Source of the DNA: an uncultured Clostridia bacterium
Lineage (GTDB): Bacteria; Bacillota; Clostridia; Christensenellales; UBA1242
DNA length: 61,197 bases
Reading direction: 5' to 3'
NCBI GenBank assembly: GCA_944331845.1
Contig: CALVIT010000002.1
Span: 1-61,197 of the forward strand
Part shown: positions 18,501 to 24,139 of the stretch, piece by piece
Layout: every line of letters starts with the position of its first letter
Numbering within the stretch: the first letter of the stretch is position 1
Notes under the pieces: generated by a model
The model's database searches: none
What the model saw: only the letters and a program-made list of their open reading frames with translations
What the model was told of the DNA's origin: nothing
Position numbers and translations under genes: made by a program

Positions 18501-20873
18501 TTTAATACTTGTTATTATGTGCTAGGATTTGCACAGACTAACGCTCCATATCAAAATAATCTTACACCTTCTATGCACGATATGACAGCAAATGCTGTAT
18601 CGTACTATAGTATGACAAAACAAGGTACTTTTAGTGGCTTTAATTTTGGAGATAGTGGTTGGGCGATAGAGAACAACAACACACTTCCATTGTTAAGTTG
18701 GGCAAGAAATGATATGGGCACAAAGACAAGTGAGGGTTCTATCTATAGACCATATATGATATCAACAAGTGAACAATTATTGGAATTCACTCAAGCGGTC
18801 GGCGATGGACTCAATGAACACTATGTTATGACAAATAACATTCAGTTCACTGACTCACAAACAAGAGAGAATTTCTCGGGTGTATTTGATGGTTCAGGAT
18901 TCATAATTGACAAGTTAAGTAAACCATTATTTAATAATGTCAGCGAGAATGCACTTATTAACAATGTTAATTTACAAAATGTGTCTTTCACAGTTACTAA
19001 CAAAGGAAATGTTGGTGCTTTAGCGAACACAAACTATGGTACAATTTCTTATGTATCTACTGATGGAATAATATACTTTGATAGTTCTAGTGTAGCTGGA
19101 ACAAGCGACACTATGACCAATATTGGTGGTATTGTCGGCGAGAATCTAGGATATATTGGATTTAGTTCAAGCAATGTATCAATCGAACAAACTGATAAGA
19201 CAGGCGTAGCAGTTTTGACTAATGTCGGTGGAATAGCGGGGCATATAGATATTGTAGAGAATTCAATGTTCTCACAGATAACAAATTCGTATGCTAGTGG
19301 CACATTAACATTAGGACAAAATACAGGTGCTAATGCTAGTTATGTCGGCGGATTGGTTGGATTGTTAGACAAGGGTAACTTAAGAGAAAGTTATGTATTT
19401 GGAAGAATAAATTATCTCAATAGAGAGAACATTGTCGCTTATGGTGGCGTGTATGGTGGCGACACTATCAATAACCCAGACAGCGAAATATTGGATGATG
19501 TAACTATTGAATTTGTCTATAATGATTATCTCGGCACTTTGGTTAAGTCAAAGAGCGTAGTCAATAATCAATCTGCAATAAATCTTACTTTAGCGGACAT
19601 TTTGAAGGGCGGTTTAGCATACTTTGACCCTAATGCTTGGGGTTCATTCGCAAATGATTTTGCTAACCGTGGCAATAGTTCTTCTGTAACATTAGTTAAT
19701 TATGGTTACCCATATCTAAACTATGCGAATAAGACTGTTGCACAAATCGCTAACAAAGGTAATGGCGTAAATGTATCAACTCCATATAAGATTATAAATC
19801 AAAGTGGTTTTGAATTAATCAATTTCTTAAATCAAGAAAGCGACAAAAAATATGTTTATAGTCTAGAAAGAGATATTTACTGCTTTGTACCTTTAAGCAC
19901 TGACACAGTTACAACAAATTATATTGATGAATTGTATGGGACATTAGATGGCGCTAGTAAGACTATTTACAATATGAATACCACAATTAATAATTCTAAT
20001 TTTGGTTTCATTAACACGATTGCTAAAGATAGTACATTACAAAATATCAAATTTGTTAACACGACTATTAATTTTGCAACAGATTTCTCTGGAACAAATG
20101 AAATAGGAGTGGGTACTATTGTAGGTACTAACAATGGTGTAATGGCTAATATTTCAGTTAGCAACGCAAGCATTGTATATGATAATTGTACAGTTGGTGC
20201 GGGTGCTAAAGAAGCGATATTGTCTATAGGTGGTGTTGTCGGCGTAAGCAATGGCGATATCTCAACAGTCAATATTGTAGGCGTTGACTTTAGATTAGGC
20301 AATAGCGAAACATTCGCTAAGGCAGTCAATGTCGGTGGTATGATTGGTAAGATTAAGTCTGGTAAGAGCGAAGGAAACTATGTCGAGAATATCAAGATAA
20401 GAGCAGATTCATCTAACGGCAAAGTTTTGACAACTGCTTATACAAATATTGGTGGTTTTGTTGGATATAGGTCAAAGGGAACTTCAACAATCGAGAGTTG
20501 TGATGTTCGTGATACGACATACGAACAAACAAATTCAACTATTAATGTATTCTATATTAATTCAAATAATATAGCAAATGAGACCTATGTCGGTGGATTT
20601 GTTGGATATAGTGAGACAGATACAAGTAAGATGTTCTACAATAACTTAAATATTTACATTTCAATGGATATAAATGTTAATACTACTGCTAAAAATATCT
20701 ATGTCGGTGGTATAGCAGGATATAGCCAAACATCAATGAATAGAATTAACTATTATGTTGAAGTAACAAGTGAAGGTAGTTCGACAAATATTAGTAAAAT
20801 TGATACAGGTTATACCGGAGGTGTCCAAGGTATCTTTAATAACACTAATAAAGATGGGAATAGTAATATTTAA
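6573..20873 (+). CDS. Giant (4766 aa) modular surface lipoprotein with Ig-like (Big_2-type) regions and six GLUG-motif beta-helix modules
   Basis: This is a single uninterrupted 14.3-kb ORF. I chose the ATG at 6573, 5 nt after GGAGAA, which gives the signal peptide MNKLLLICLILITASGMLFSAC with a lipobox Cys. An acidic linker lies at 6717-6794. The motif (V/I/L)GG(L/I/V)(V/I)G recurs dozens of times, as in GLUG domains. There is no C-terminal anchor motif. Confidence 0.85.
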   Translation: MNKLLLICLILITASGMLFSACNNDPYKDMKLIVEQESIEIVLNHDTLDDSQEGESEDEQEGEGQDAEEPETPPNTAYLQAHIENKNKKQSTKVLFDIMDKSLATISVEVVDGVYTATIVALQPGETVITVMSQEGNKSTLVPLKVIEPITGLSFDNDFSLAVAVGKQYQFSTSNFNYEPTLTNQKEVTYSLETAVNGITITEDGLLTVNAQPAERYVTVVARSIHNEELVTTTRVYIYYELNEDSIHIVANNMEIVDVLSVGKNTNYNNIPVEIRIDNPTEEYIAYAQVSDVNVISVQRLTGQNLIFKVTGIEQSKATITFRIGIVGITEQEYIEKTINVEIIDLIDTIYVNGSSSNSSITVFDSYASTADTAYGTKVSIEVTPTNAANKSITFSADDVSKANLSKLDFFTSSGTKINDILSHSMSNGGIIFVKPKEGVDFTEFVCKLTVVGNSTFDVDARVYNEITINVKNGINSISFVNEQAYIDLNKSDYQEYQYIVNKIIVTDINIATTLAGFELDNLRVLVQNPNVLSAKIENGKLYIKPLSAGITTLSLTAPNGISTTPATINVVVPTDTAYVDVNKNAYKEQIASIERGENNILTKINANVNSVIGLYIAKSNVDGTIWNLSYTSSQTFVATITNQGTIRSMSQGTTTITATFSYAKYDEDTNTIIAQDVTQEIEFFSFNPITEFNIGKSSATIYDINTIGYYDASLYSTVDFNVQMNDAYIQRNAIRIYIYGEMFDIENSQDTYKIVGQNGILFYHGQGQATFLGKINNNNYTASVGIIAEIHEFDRVYRSICEVTINKATKVNEIVVYNTNTQVVDGKTYYNMYFKTGLGVGEDTTNTQQIKVSTLPSTAVNSGVYYFAYDYLENNTISTMTPASEIIKVSQDGVVTPLRAGSAKVVIVPRDELYNFDLNDDGTLSVNELLLNLQRLQEEGSTLRYKEIVVDVADGTLENPYQIASAVDFLNISTGLNAHYEVIQTIDLSKVNLSALGNFTTPFTGSINGRHYLVKPTTDNPNGVYVDSKILGVRLNQTIENATSDVYYALFGVVKGSVNTDTIPVSIIPSFSNLYIEFSEYNVNIVGDYDNSITINLGLLTSRFEGEIHNVQIVLRNTAKISNASQAKINFGAVASVVNQNTYEFVNQNGETEQATLSSSINNTNISGQGTISIDNISSESYIGGFVGILNENCLVDGQYAFVNDMVGQDNEFVFSFNGQDNDMIMNLNIIMNTTPTTMAVGGVVGKNFGKIQNISSYGNVWVKNSQGNESGKNIGGVVGYNVGSINDVFSRCGVVGGNYVGGIVGLNEGSISVAIFESYQDGSSYVYGVESVGGLVGLMQGGNLEYGSSTSFITGDLYAIMGYANVGGLIGQTMNGAIISKSQATTKIGVYSNTSSSNRYAGGLVGQALNTTIQNSYSISKLYKLDTFQTYSLGGFIGQTMGGCSIANVYSVSNIDNFIGNIHSAPTTSNSYYLSSSVGSVNGGAQGKTSDDLKNINTYTGWDFIATFRQAENVNQGYPYLIYADSEFITVAPTSLKVVLNDSVDNRHIKISDNQAVIFSQKGNNDTASDYVISLNDLIGLEVSPLTNRIVRVKATIVEGFDVIKIDGGNIIVVSEGYCKIKISSQLNEDVYDYLELYITNGLNSFSEDTDGQLQVLLDSSKEIRYTFENGENVVGTKFGIAYRELYTYASLNYSEKETIEEVEYNFVEYNFTKIITANEVIKNQIIYEVAYITANFGGDNVKVILPWTEKPIDLTIFNGAVDLQLDKNQSNITPSQKAQVETIITTDLNTEIVSEIVIKNGDVVVDSYEIFIQEGFEPSIDNIVIQRVDNGQDSMFNVSLIEFNFDESINQLLMTFEFTPTTNLQNTRVDTLYDIAFSVADKFTEHFSLIVAPQTIERISVLHFPDGNVREDEVATDKISSGIEGLLKINIYPSFSQIDYVDITSEPVNGENISFLQKVYNGGQIERIYPDAQIITNGIRLSLASIKDYNGYVFDGNLYVSTLIKSNMPENLPFDINIVAYRDGQAVFTQTKTLYTQFSPSITIDYNSNYNNQYARGTTLNFPLNVNSMAGTITLSVEGVTDPTYVTFSANQTQFSGKFVGNVIAQLTSNINLPTGSQFTLRAELDTTVDNVRLVVTDEITLTVVDYIITGVAIDGYRTQGNNNILDIELNSATTLRARIIAVYATKPSDLPSSEAQPYEDIQNKIEEFELLISRQHDVSAGDVPVWYTAEQAFDKLKGSTGYYNYNYNTMNGGYYSVYGTRVSTVDKLTLNITYYYDFVNGEYQPILIDKANSPTTGKTLIDKSMTCLVNVNNTTTEEVPLPIYSQAEFEAMQEGAHYILMKDITLENYTPIEAKFASLDGNGCIININSLVLDTQQSTVNVGLFATVSSSTLIKNVVLNINGLLTRTTTSNTSSSLDATLNLTNISQVNFGFFAGTNSGTITNCEVVNIIQLSTNSNNDVIVSGEVDNTSFIIQTSLIISSSYTNNYIGLFAGQNSGYITNSRVGRDSDNIGLRVSTTIDALKGDSWVGGNIELTANGIVAGFVALNSNTISSSYVKNVLINNNSVIANVSSTAGFVTLNGGSISGCYAEGEELDNSANLKSQGSVAGFVLNNDGDISNSYASFVIRSPSNSAGFVNENGDGATIQYSYADCSVLLADTEVDDNASYRPFTGVNDFNEIQNEGEINYSYYIKESSTVVFADEPAIAINEENKSQISEYVGFAFVENANMSKYGIWSLEGDDLPKLNTANQIAISQRQLSNNLEATTQEETLGEPMVYDYVIGYELGSEINPYIVNTAVKFNNLMQNNSVNGRFGSNIINIEETVEGETATTKHIRIVNNLNFSQTSETVSGLYSSKVIFSAVLEGNNMLLSNITVTGEKNADQNQVEFGLFERLDGAVIKNLRLNFASVSATEIPLVGALAGSAVDSILLGIDIDAEGAFVQGKNIVGGLVGVLIGSSEVQTIQSNIGVRATYRKGSTSNIYTDMNFVVGNTEAANVGEILYSTMEDSIKVMYGSTSYAGGIIGAIVSIESDEQRIRTLKVDGNVQIGAERTGGIVGVNYGELYDLNFVVNIDSGTLTKQELSGDDIVGGLVGVNFNKIEKARITYEGDDLALVDSLAQGVSGGKTNLFISLSNYIGGIAGANIGGTILDSYSRVNVINRDAKYAGGIVGYSKGGSYDSIYTTGDVQSQVAFGGMFGYMDEYVVTTTVDDKTTTSTEVISQFSKIVLANNYSISTAQLVNGQSVQAGALAGYVNATDISKIFDGVGVENTNYAVYKLPLNTAGTSTVDLQFFGAAKFDKLQITQEEYVEILNNLNNFTSMDNDEMYGWFGSKVGDYATATYSTLYNNKNEIFSTYSSEDWTIQTGVFPLLNITTQATEIIITEDNKDELLEFLKDAPNATYIIRCDISLYSRADKGDLSGDWISLGSEAIPFSGEFLGEKITLGDGTERYPIINIKNPFINFGRSARVTNLTFNVVSTFTGNVDELDHSEDFYYGVVANRFDNSTLSNVTVTNTALDITAVVGMSIQYQRENYQIVEGEKVPSNYIGGVIGYAKGGNLVNVLCDIPMNINTQTSVNSLPSIISYVGGIVGYTSGSAISNASMEIDYKKYIDGDAYQQFAVNTSNGNIGLAIGYATSANINNISVYEKGVVTYEQDVVPYGSATTPTTIINGTQADNAETNVAFGGVVGYSNSSTVRDVVNELSSVELQLNSSYNKGFIVGGVVGVGNATTFTDIVNNATLNLTSQYTDSSANHIYLGGLVGQILGNNQTTGSNFGIINIDLSNTSSTTAYVGGVVGYVELTISQARIEKARNTANISIEGVKELNVGGVVGRSALSIANNSANLRVIQSYSDGNIVVDGVTSRDAQGQTYTISNIEYVGGLVGYASRIDISDSYSVGNIISKTDRNELPANSIGVSIGGLIGRLEKVNVDPSITHCYTACIIKVYGDAINANVNSHAFIGSTSLTKSTTALFNTCYYVLGFAQTNAPYQNNLTPSMHDMTANAVSYYSMTKQGTFSGFNFGDSGWAIENNNTLPLLSWARNDMGTKTSEGSIYRPYMISTSEQLLEFTQAVGDGLNEHYVMTNNIQFTDSQTRENFSGVFDGSGFIIDKLSKPLFNNVSENALINNVNLQNVSFTVTNKGNVGALANTNYGTISYVSTDGIIYFDSSSVAGTSDTMTNIGGIVGENLGYIGFSSSNVSIEQTDKTGVAVLTNVGGIAGHIDIVENSMFSQITNSYASGTLTLGQNTGANASYVGGLVGLLDKGNLRESYVFGRINYLNRENIVAYGGVYGGDTINNPDSEILDDVTIEFVYNDYLGTLVKSKSVVNNQSAINLTLADILKGGLAYFDPNAWGSFANDFANRGNSSSVTLVNYGYPYLNYANKTVAQIANKGNGVNVSTPYKIINQSGFELINFLNQESDKKYVYSLERDIYCFVPLSTDTVTTNYIDELYGTLDGASKTIYNMNTTINNSNFGFINTIAKDSTLQNIKFVNTTINFATDFSGTNEIGVGTIVGTNNGVMANISVSNASIVYDNCTVGAGAKEAILSIGGVVGVSNGDISTVNIVGVDFRLGNSETFAKAVNVGGMIGKIKSGKSEGNYVENIKIRADSSNGKVLTTAYTNIGGFVGYRSKGTSTIESCDVRDTTYEQTNSTINVFYINSNNIANETYVGGFVGYSETDTSKMFYNNLNIYISMDINVNTTAKNIYVGGIAGYSQTSMNRINYYVEVTSEGSSTNISKIDTGYTGGVQGIFNNTNKDGNSNI

Positions 20874-20883
20874 CAAAAAAAAG

Positions 20884-20914
20884 GTATATGACGAATTAGT
20901 CATATACTTTTTTT
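20884..20914 (+). terminator. Intrinsic terminator after the giant gene
   Basis: GTATATGAC-gaatta-GTCATATAC hairpin followed by a 7-nt T-run. Confidence 0.85.
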
Positions 20915-21186
20915 GTATAATTATATAAATAAATATTACATTAAATTAGTTAATAACTTGTTATTATATTTTATAGTTTAATTGAAGAAAGCACAAAAAA
21001 ATAAAACATTATTACAATTTAATGTATAGAAATAAAAGGGTGTTAATACTTACTTAATGTAAATTAATTTTATTGTTCAATTTATCAATAAATATTTTTG
21101 TACATTTTAGATAAATTCAATTTTTTCGTAAAAAAATACAAACATTTTTTAAAATTTTGTGGTATATTTTTTGTTGCGAGGATAAA

Positions 21187-22626
21187 ATGAATAAATATTT
21201 ATTGTATGCAATATTAGTAATAATTATACCTTGTTGTATTTTGTTCGCTAGTTGTTCTAGTTCAAGCGATAATCAAGTTTACATAACTTCTATTGAGAAG
21301 TCATCAAGTTCAGGACTCGATGATATCTATACTATTACATATTCAGATGGTTCAGTAGATTATTTTACTATTTCTAATGGTCAAGATGGGCAAGATGGGC
21401 AGGATGTTAGCATAAATGAGATTTACGAATTATATAAGTCAATTTATGGTCAAGATTTGTCATTTGCTGACTTTCTAGACAAGTATTTAGATTATAAATA
21501 TACTGATAATACTGTAGCGATTAACGAGAGTCTACAATCGTGCTTAAAGGTATATACTGAGTATAAGACTTCAACAAGTTATGGTTGGCCTATGACAAAT
21601 GTTGTTAAAGGGATAACGGTTGAATCAGGTAGTGCGATTATATATGCAATGGATGAAGATTATACTTATGTAGTTACTAACTATCATGTAGTGTATAACG
21701 AGAATGCAAATGCTGACAATGGCGGGCATTTTGCCTACAAGATTATGGGGTATCTATATGGTAGCGAAAGTGAACCGGAGCAACAAGATACAACGGATAC
21801 TAGCGGTTATCCAATTTATGAATACGGAGACTATGCTATACAATTTGAGTTAGTAGGGGCTTCTGCTTCGACTGATTTAGCAGTTATTAAGGCTAAAACA
21901 AGTGATATTCTCAAAATTAATGGGAATGCTAAAGCGGTTACACTTGCAGATAACTATTATGTGGGCGAGACTGCTATAGCGATAGGTAATACTGAAGGCG
22001 AAGGAATCAGTGTTTCTCAAGGTGTTGTTAGTGTTGACAACGAATACATATCACTAAGTGTAGATGGAACAACTCGCTTGCATCGTTCAATGCGAATTGA
22101 CACCGCTGTATATAATGGGAATTCTGGTGGCGGATTATTTAACTCTAGCGGAGATTTAATAGGTATTGTTAACGCAGGCGATAAAACAGACCAAAATATC
22201 AACTACGCTATACCATTAGATATTGTAACTAATGTTGTTGATAGCATTATTTACTATGATAGAGATGGCGTTGACTCAACTAATGGCGTATATACATTAA
22301 GTTTTGGCATAACAGTTGATACAACTAATTCAAAATATGTATATGATAGTGAGACAGGTTATGGAGAAATTGTTGAGACAATATCTATCAATACTGTTAA
22401 TGATAATAGCATTGCTAGTCAAATGGGACTACAAGCAGGAGATGTTATTGTTAGTCTAGTTATAAATGGAGAAGTTAAAAACATCAATCAAAGTTTTGAG
22501 ATAACTGATTACACCTATACATTTAGACAAGGAGACAATATTAGTTTCATTGTTTTAAGAGATGGCGAACAAATTGAAATGCAAGGGTATATTGTAAATG
22601 CTAGTGATTTACAAAATGTAGAATAA
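21187..22626 (+). CDS. Trypsin-like serine protease with C-terminal PDZ-like region (HtrA/S1C-like), predicted lipoprotein
   Basis: Candidate catalytic triad contexts are TNYHVV (His), TDLAVIK (Asp) and GNSGGGLFN (Ser). Starting at the ATG at 21187, just after gAGGAtaaa, gives MNKYLLYAILVIIIPCCILFASC with a lipobox. A GQDGQDGQDGQD tract is present. Confidence 0.75.
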   Translation: MNKYLLYAILVIIIPCCILFASCSSSSDNQVYITSIEKSSSSGLDDIYTITYSDGSVDYFTISNGQDGQDGQDVSINEIYELYKSIYGQDLSFADFLDKYLDYKYTDNTVAINESLQSCLKVYTEYKTSTSYGWPMTNVVKGITVESGSAIIYAMDEDYTYVVTNYHVVYNENANADNGGHFAYKIMGYLYGSESEPEQQDTTDTSGYPIYEYGDYAIQFELVGASASTDLAVIKAKTSDILKINGNAKAVTLADNYYVGETAIAIGNTEGEGISVSQGVVSVDNEYISLSVDGTTRLHRSMRIDTAVYNGNSGGGLFNSSGDLIGIVNAGDKTDQNINYAIPLDIVTNVVDSIIYYDRDGVDSTNGVYTLSFGITVDTTNSKYVYDSETGYGEIVETISINTVNDNSIASQMGLQAGDVIVSLVINGEVKNINQSFEITDYTYTFRQGDNISFIVLRDGEQIEMQGYIVNASDLQNVE

Positions 22627-22658
22627 TATTGAATAAATTAGTTAAGAAATTTTGTATG

Positions 22659-22705
22659 CACCTAATTAGATTATGTGAATATTCTAATTAGGTGTTTTAG
22701 TTTTT
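22659..22705 (+). terminator. Intrinsic terminator after the protease gene
   Basis: 11-bp stem CACCTAATTAG...CTAATTAGGTG followed by ttttagtttttt. Confidence 0.8.
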
Positions 22706-22808
22706 TAACATTTTTGTTGTAAATTCTAGTGTAAGATTACATAGATAATTTCATAGAGTTTCGGTAAATAAAAAATTGACAAATATTAATCAAATTTTAT
22801 TAAATTAC

Positions 22809-22837
22809 TTGACAGAAAACTTTATTTATGCTAGAAT
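22809..22837 (+). promoter_or_regulatory. Sigma-A-type promoter of the str operon
   Basis: TTGACA-N17-TAGAAT. It would give a leader of about 285 nt before rpsL. Confidence 0.55.
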
Positions 22838-23122
22838 ATCCACAGTCTATGACATATCGTTTATAGACAATTTGTTTTTTTATAGAATAAATTGTCGTGT
22901 GTTAATTATTATGTGTACAGAATTTGTGTGTTGGAAGTCGAACAACAATCAATTATTTTGTAGACGACAAAATAATGTTAACGCTCATATGTTATACAAC
23001 AGATAAATAAATTTCCTTTTTGAAAGATTAAATATTTTGTTGTTTTTAGGGCTACAGTTACAATGGAGAATGTTTTGTTTTCGTTATAACTATTTTATTA
23101 AAACTATAGGAGGTCGTAGAAA

Positions 23123-23497
23123 ATGCCTACCATTAATCAATTGGTAAGAAAGGGTCGCAAAAAGATTGAGAATAGGTCAAAATCACCTTTGCTCGATAAA
23201 TGCCCACAAAAGAGGGGTATTTGCACAGAAGTCAAGACAATCACACCTAAGAAGCCAAACTCAGCAATGCGTAAGGTTGCTAAAGTTAGACTTAGCAATA
23301 AATCAGAAGCAACTGTTTACATTCCAGGTATTGGTCATAATCTTCAAGAACATAGCGTCGTTTTGGTTCGCGGTGGAAGAGTTAAAGACTTGATTGGTGT
23401 TCGTTACCATATCATCCGTGGCACACTAGATACCGCTGGGGTTGCTAAACGAAATCAATCTCGTTCTAAGTATGGCTCTAAGAAAGAAAGTAAATAG
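23123..23497 (+). CDS. rpsL: 30S ribosomal protein S12
   Basis: [12 protein letters not shown]..., [11 protein letters not shown] and [14 protein letters not shown] are near-universal S12 blocks. Codon 91 is Ile instead of the usual Pro. Confidence 0.97.
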   Translation: MPTINQLVRKGRKKIENRSKSPLLDKCPQKRGICTEVKTITPKKPNSAMRKVAKVRLSNKSEATVYIPGIGHNLQEHSVVLVRGGRVKDLIGVRYHIIRGTLDTAGVAKRNQSRSKYGSKKESK

Positions 23498-23534
23498 TCG
23501 ATAATGTATTAAAATTTAAAAAAGGAGAATAAAA

Positions 23535-24008
23535 ATGGCTAGAAGAAGCGGAGTTCCTAAGAAAGATGTGCTTCCTGACCCAAGATATAATTCTAAGGTC
23601 GTTACTAAACTAATCAATCAAGTTATGCTTGATGGTAAGAAAGAGATAGCACAAAATATTGTCTACAATGCTTTTGATGCTGCTAGTGCTAAAATTGGTG
23701 CACCTCAAATGGATGTTTTCTCTCAAGCAATTGAGAACATTTCACCTATTGTCGAGACTAAGTCTAGAAGAATAGGTGGCGGTGCTAACTATCAAGTTCC
23801 TGTTGAAGTTACTAAAGATAGAAGACAAACACTTGCTATTCGTTGGTTGGTTAATTTCTCAAGAAAAAGAAGCGAAAGAACTATGATTGAGAGATTGGCT
23901 GCTGAAATCGTTGATGCTTACAACAACACTGGTGCTAGTATCAAAAGAAAAGAAGAAATGCATAGACAAGCAGAAGCAAACAAAGCATTTGCTCATATGC
24001 GTTGGTAA
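23535..24008 (+). CDS. rpsG: 30S ribosomal protein S7
   Basis: [20 protein letters not shown]... and the C-terminal KAFAHMRW are typical of S7. The gene order rpsL-rpsG-fusA supports the call. Confidence 0.97.
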   Translation: MARRSGVPKKDVLPDPRYNSKVVTKLINQVMLDGKKEIAQNIVYNAFDAASAKIGAPQMDVFSQAIENISPIVETKSRRIGGGANYQVPVEVTKDRRQTLAIRWLVNFSRKRSERTMIERLAAEIVDAYNNTGASIKRKEEMHRQAEANKAFAHMRW

Positions 24009-24139
24009 TTTTAAAAAAACTATGTTATGTTAATGGAATTTGCACTTATGCGTATGTTTTTGCAAAGCATAATGTAGTTTTTGATTTTCTCATGTTTATG
24101 AATTAAATAAAATCTATAGAAAAAATTAAGGAGTTAATT

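Noticed and set aside
9185-20329. Multiple 60-120-aa antisense or out-of-frame ORFs inside the giant gene
   Set aside because: All are embedded in a continuous 14.3-kb ORF with coherent domain content. None has an RBS or a recognisable motif.
22776-23006. 76-aa ORF upstream of rpsL
   Set aside because: It begins inside the promoter region, has no RBS, and has an implausible composition. It is interpreted as part of the str-operon leader.
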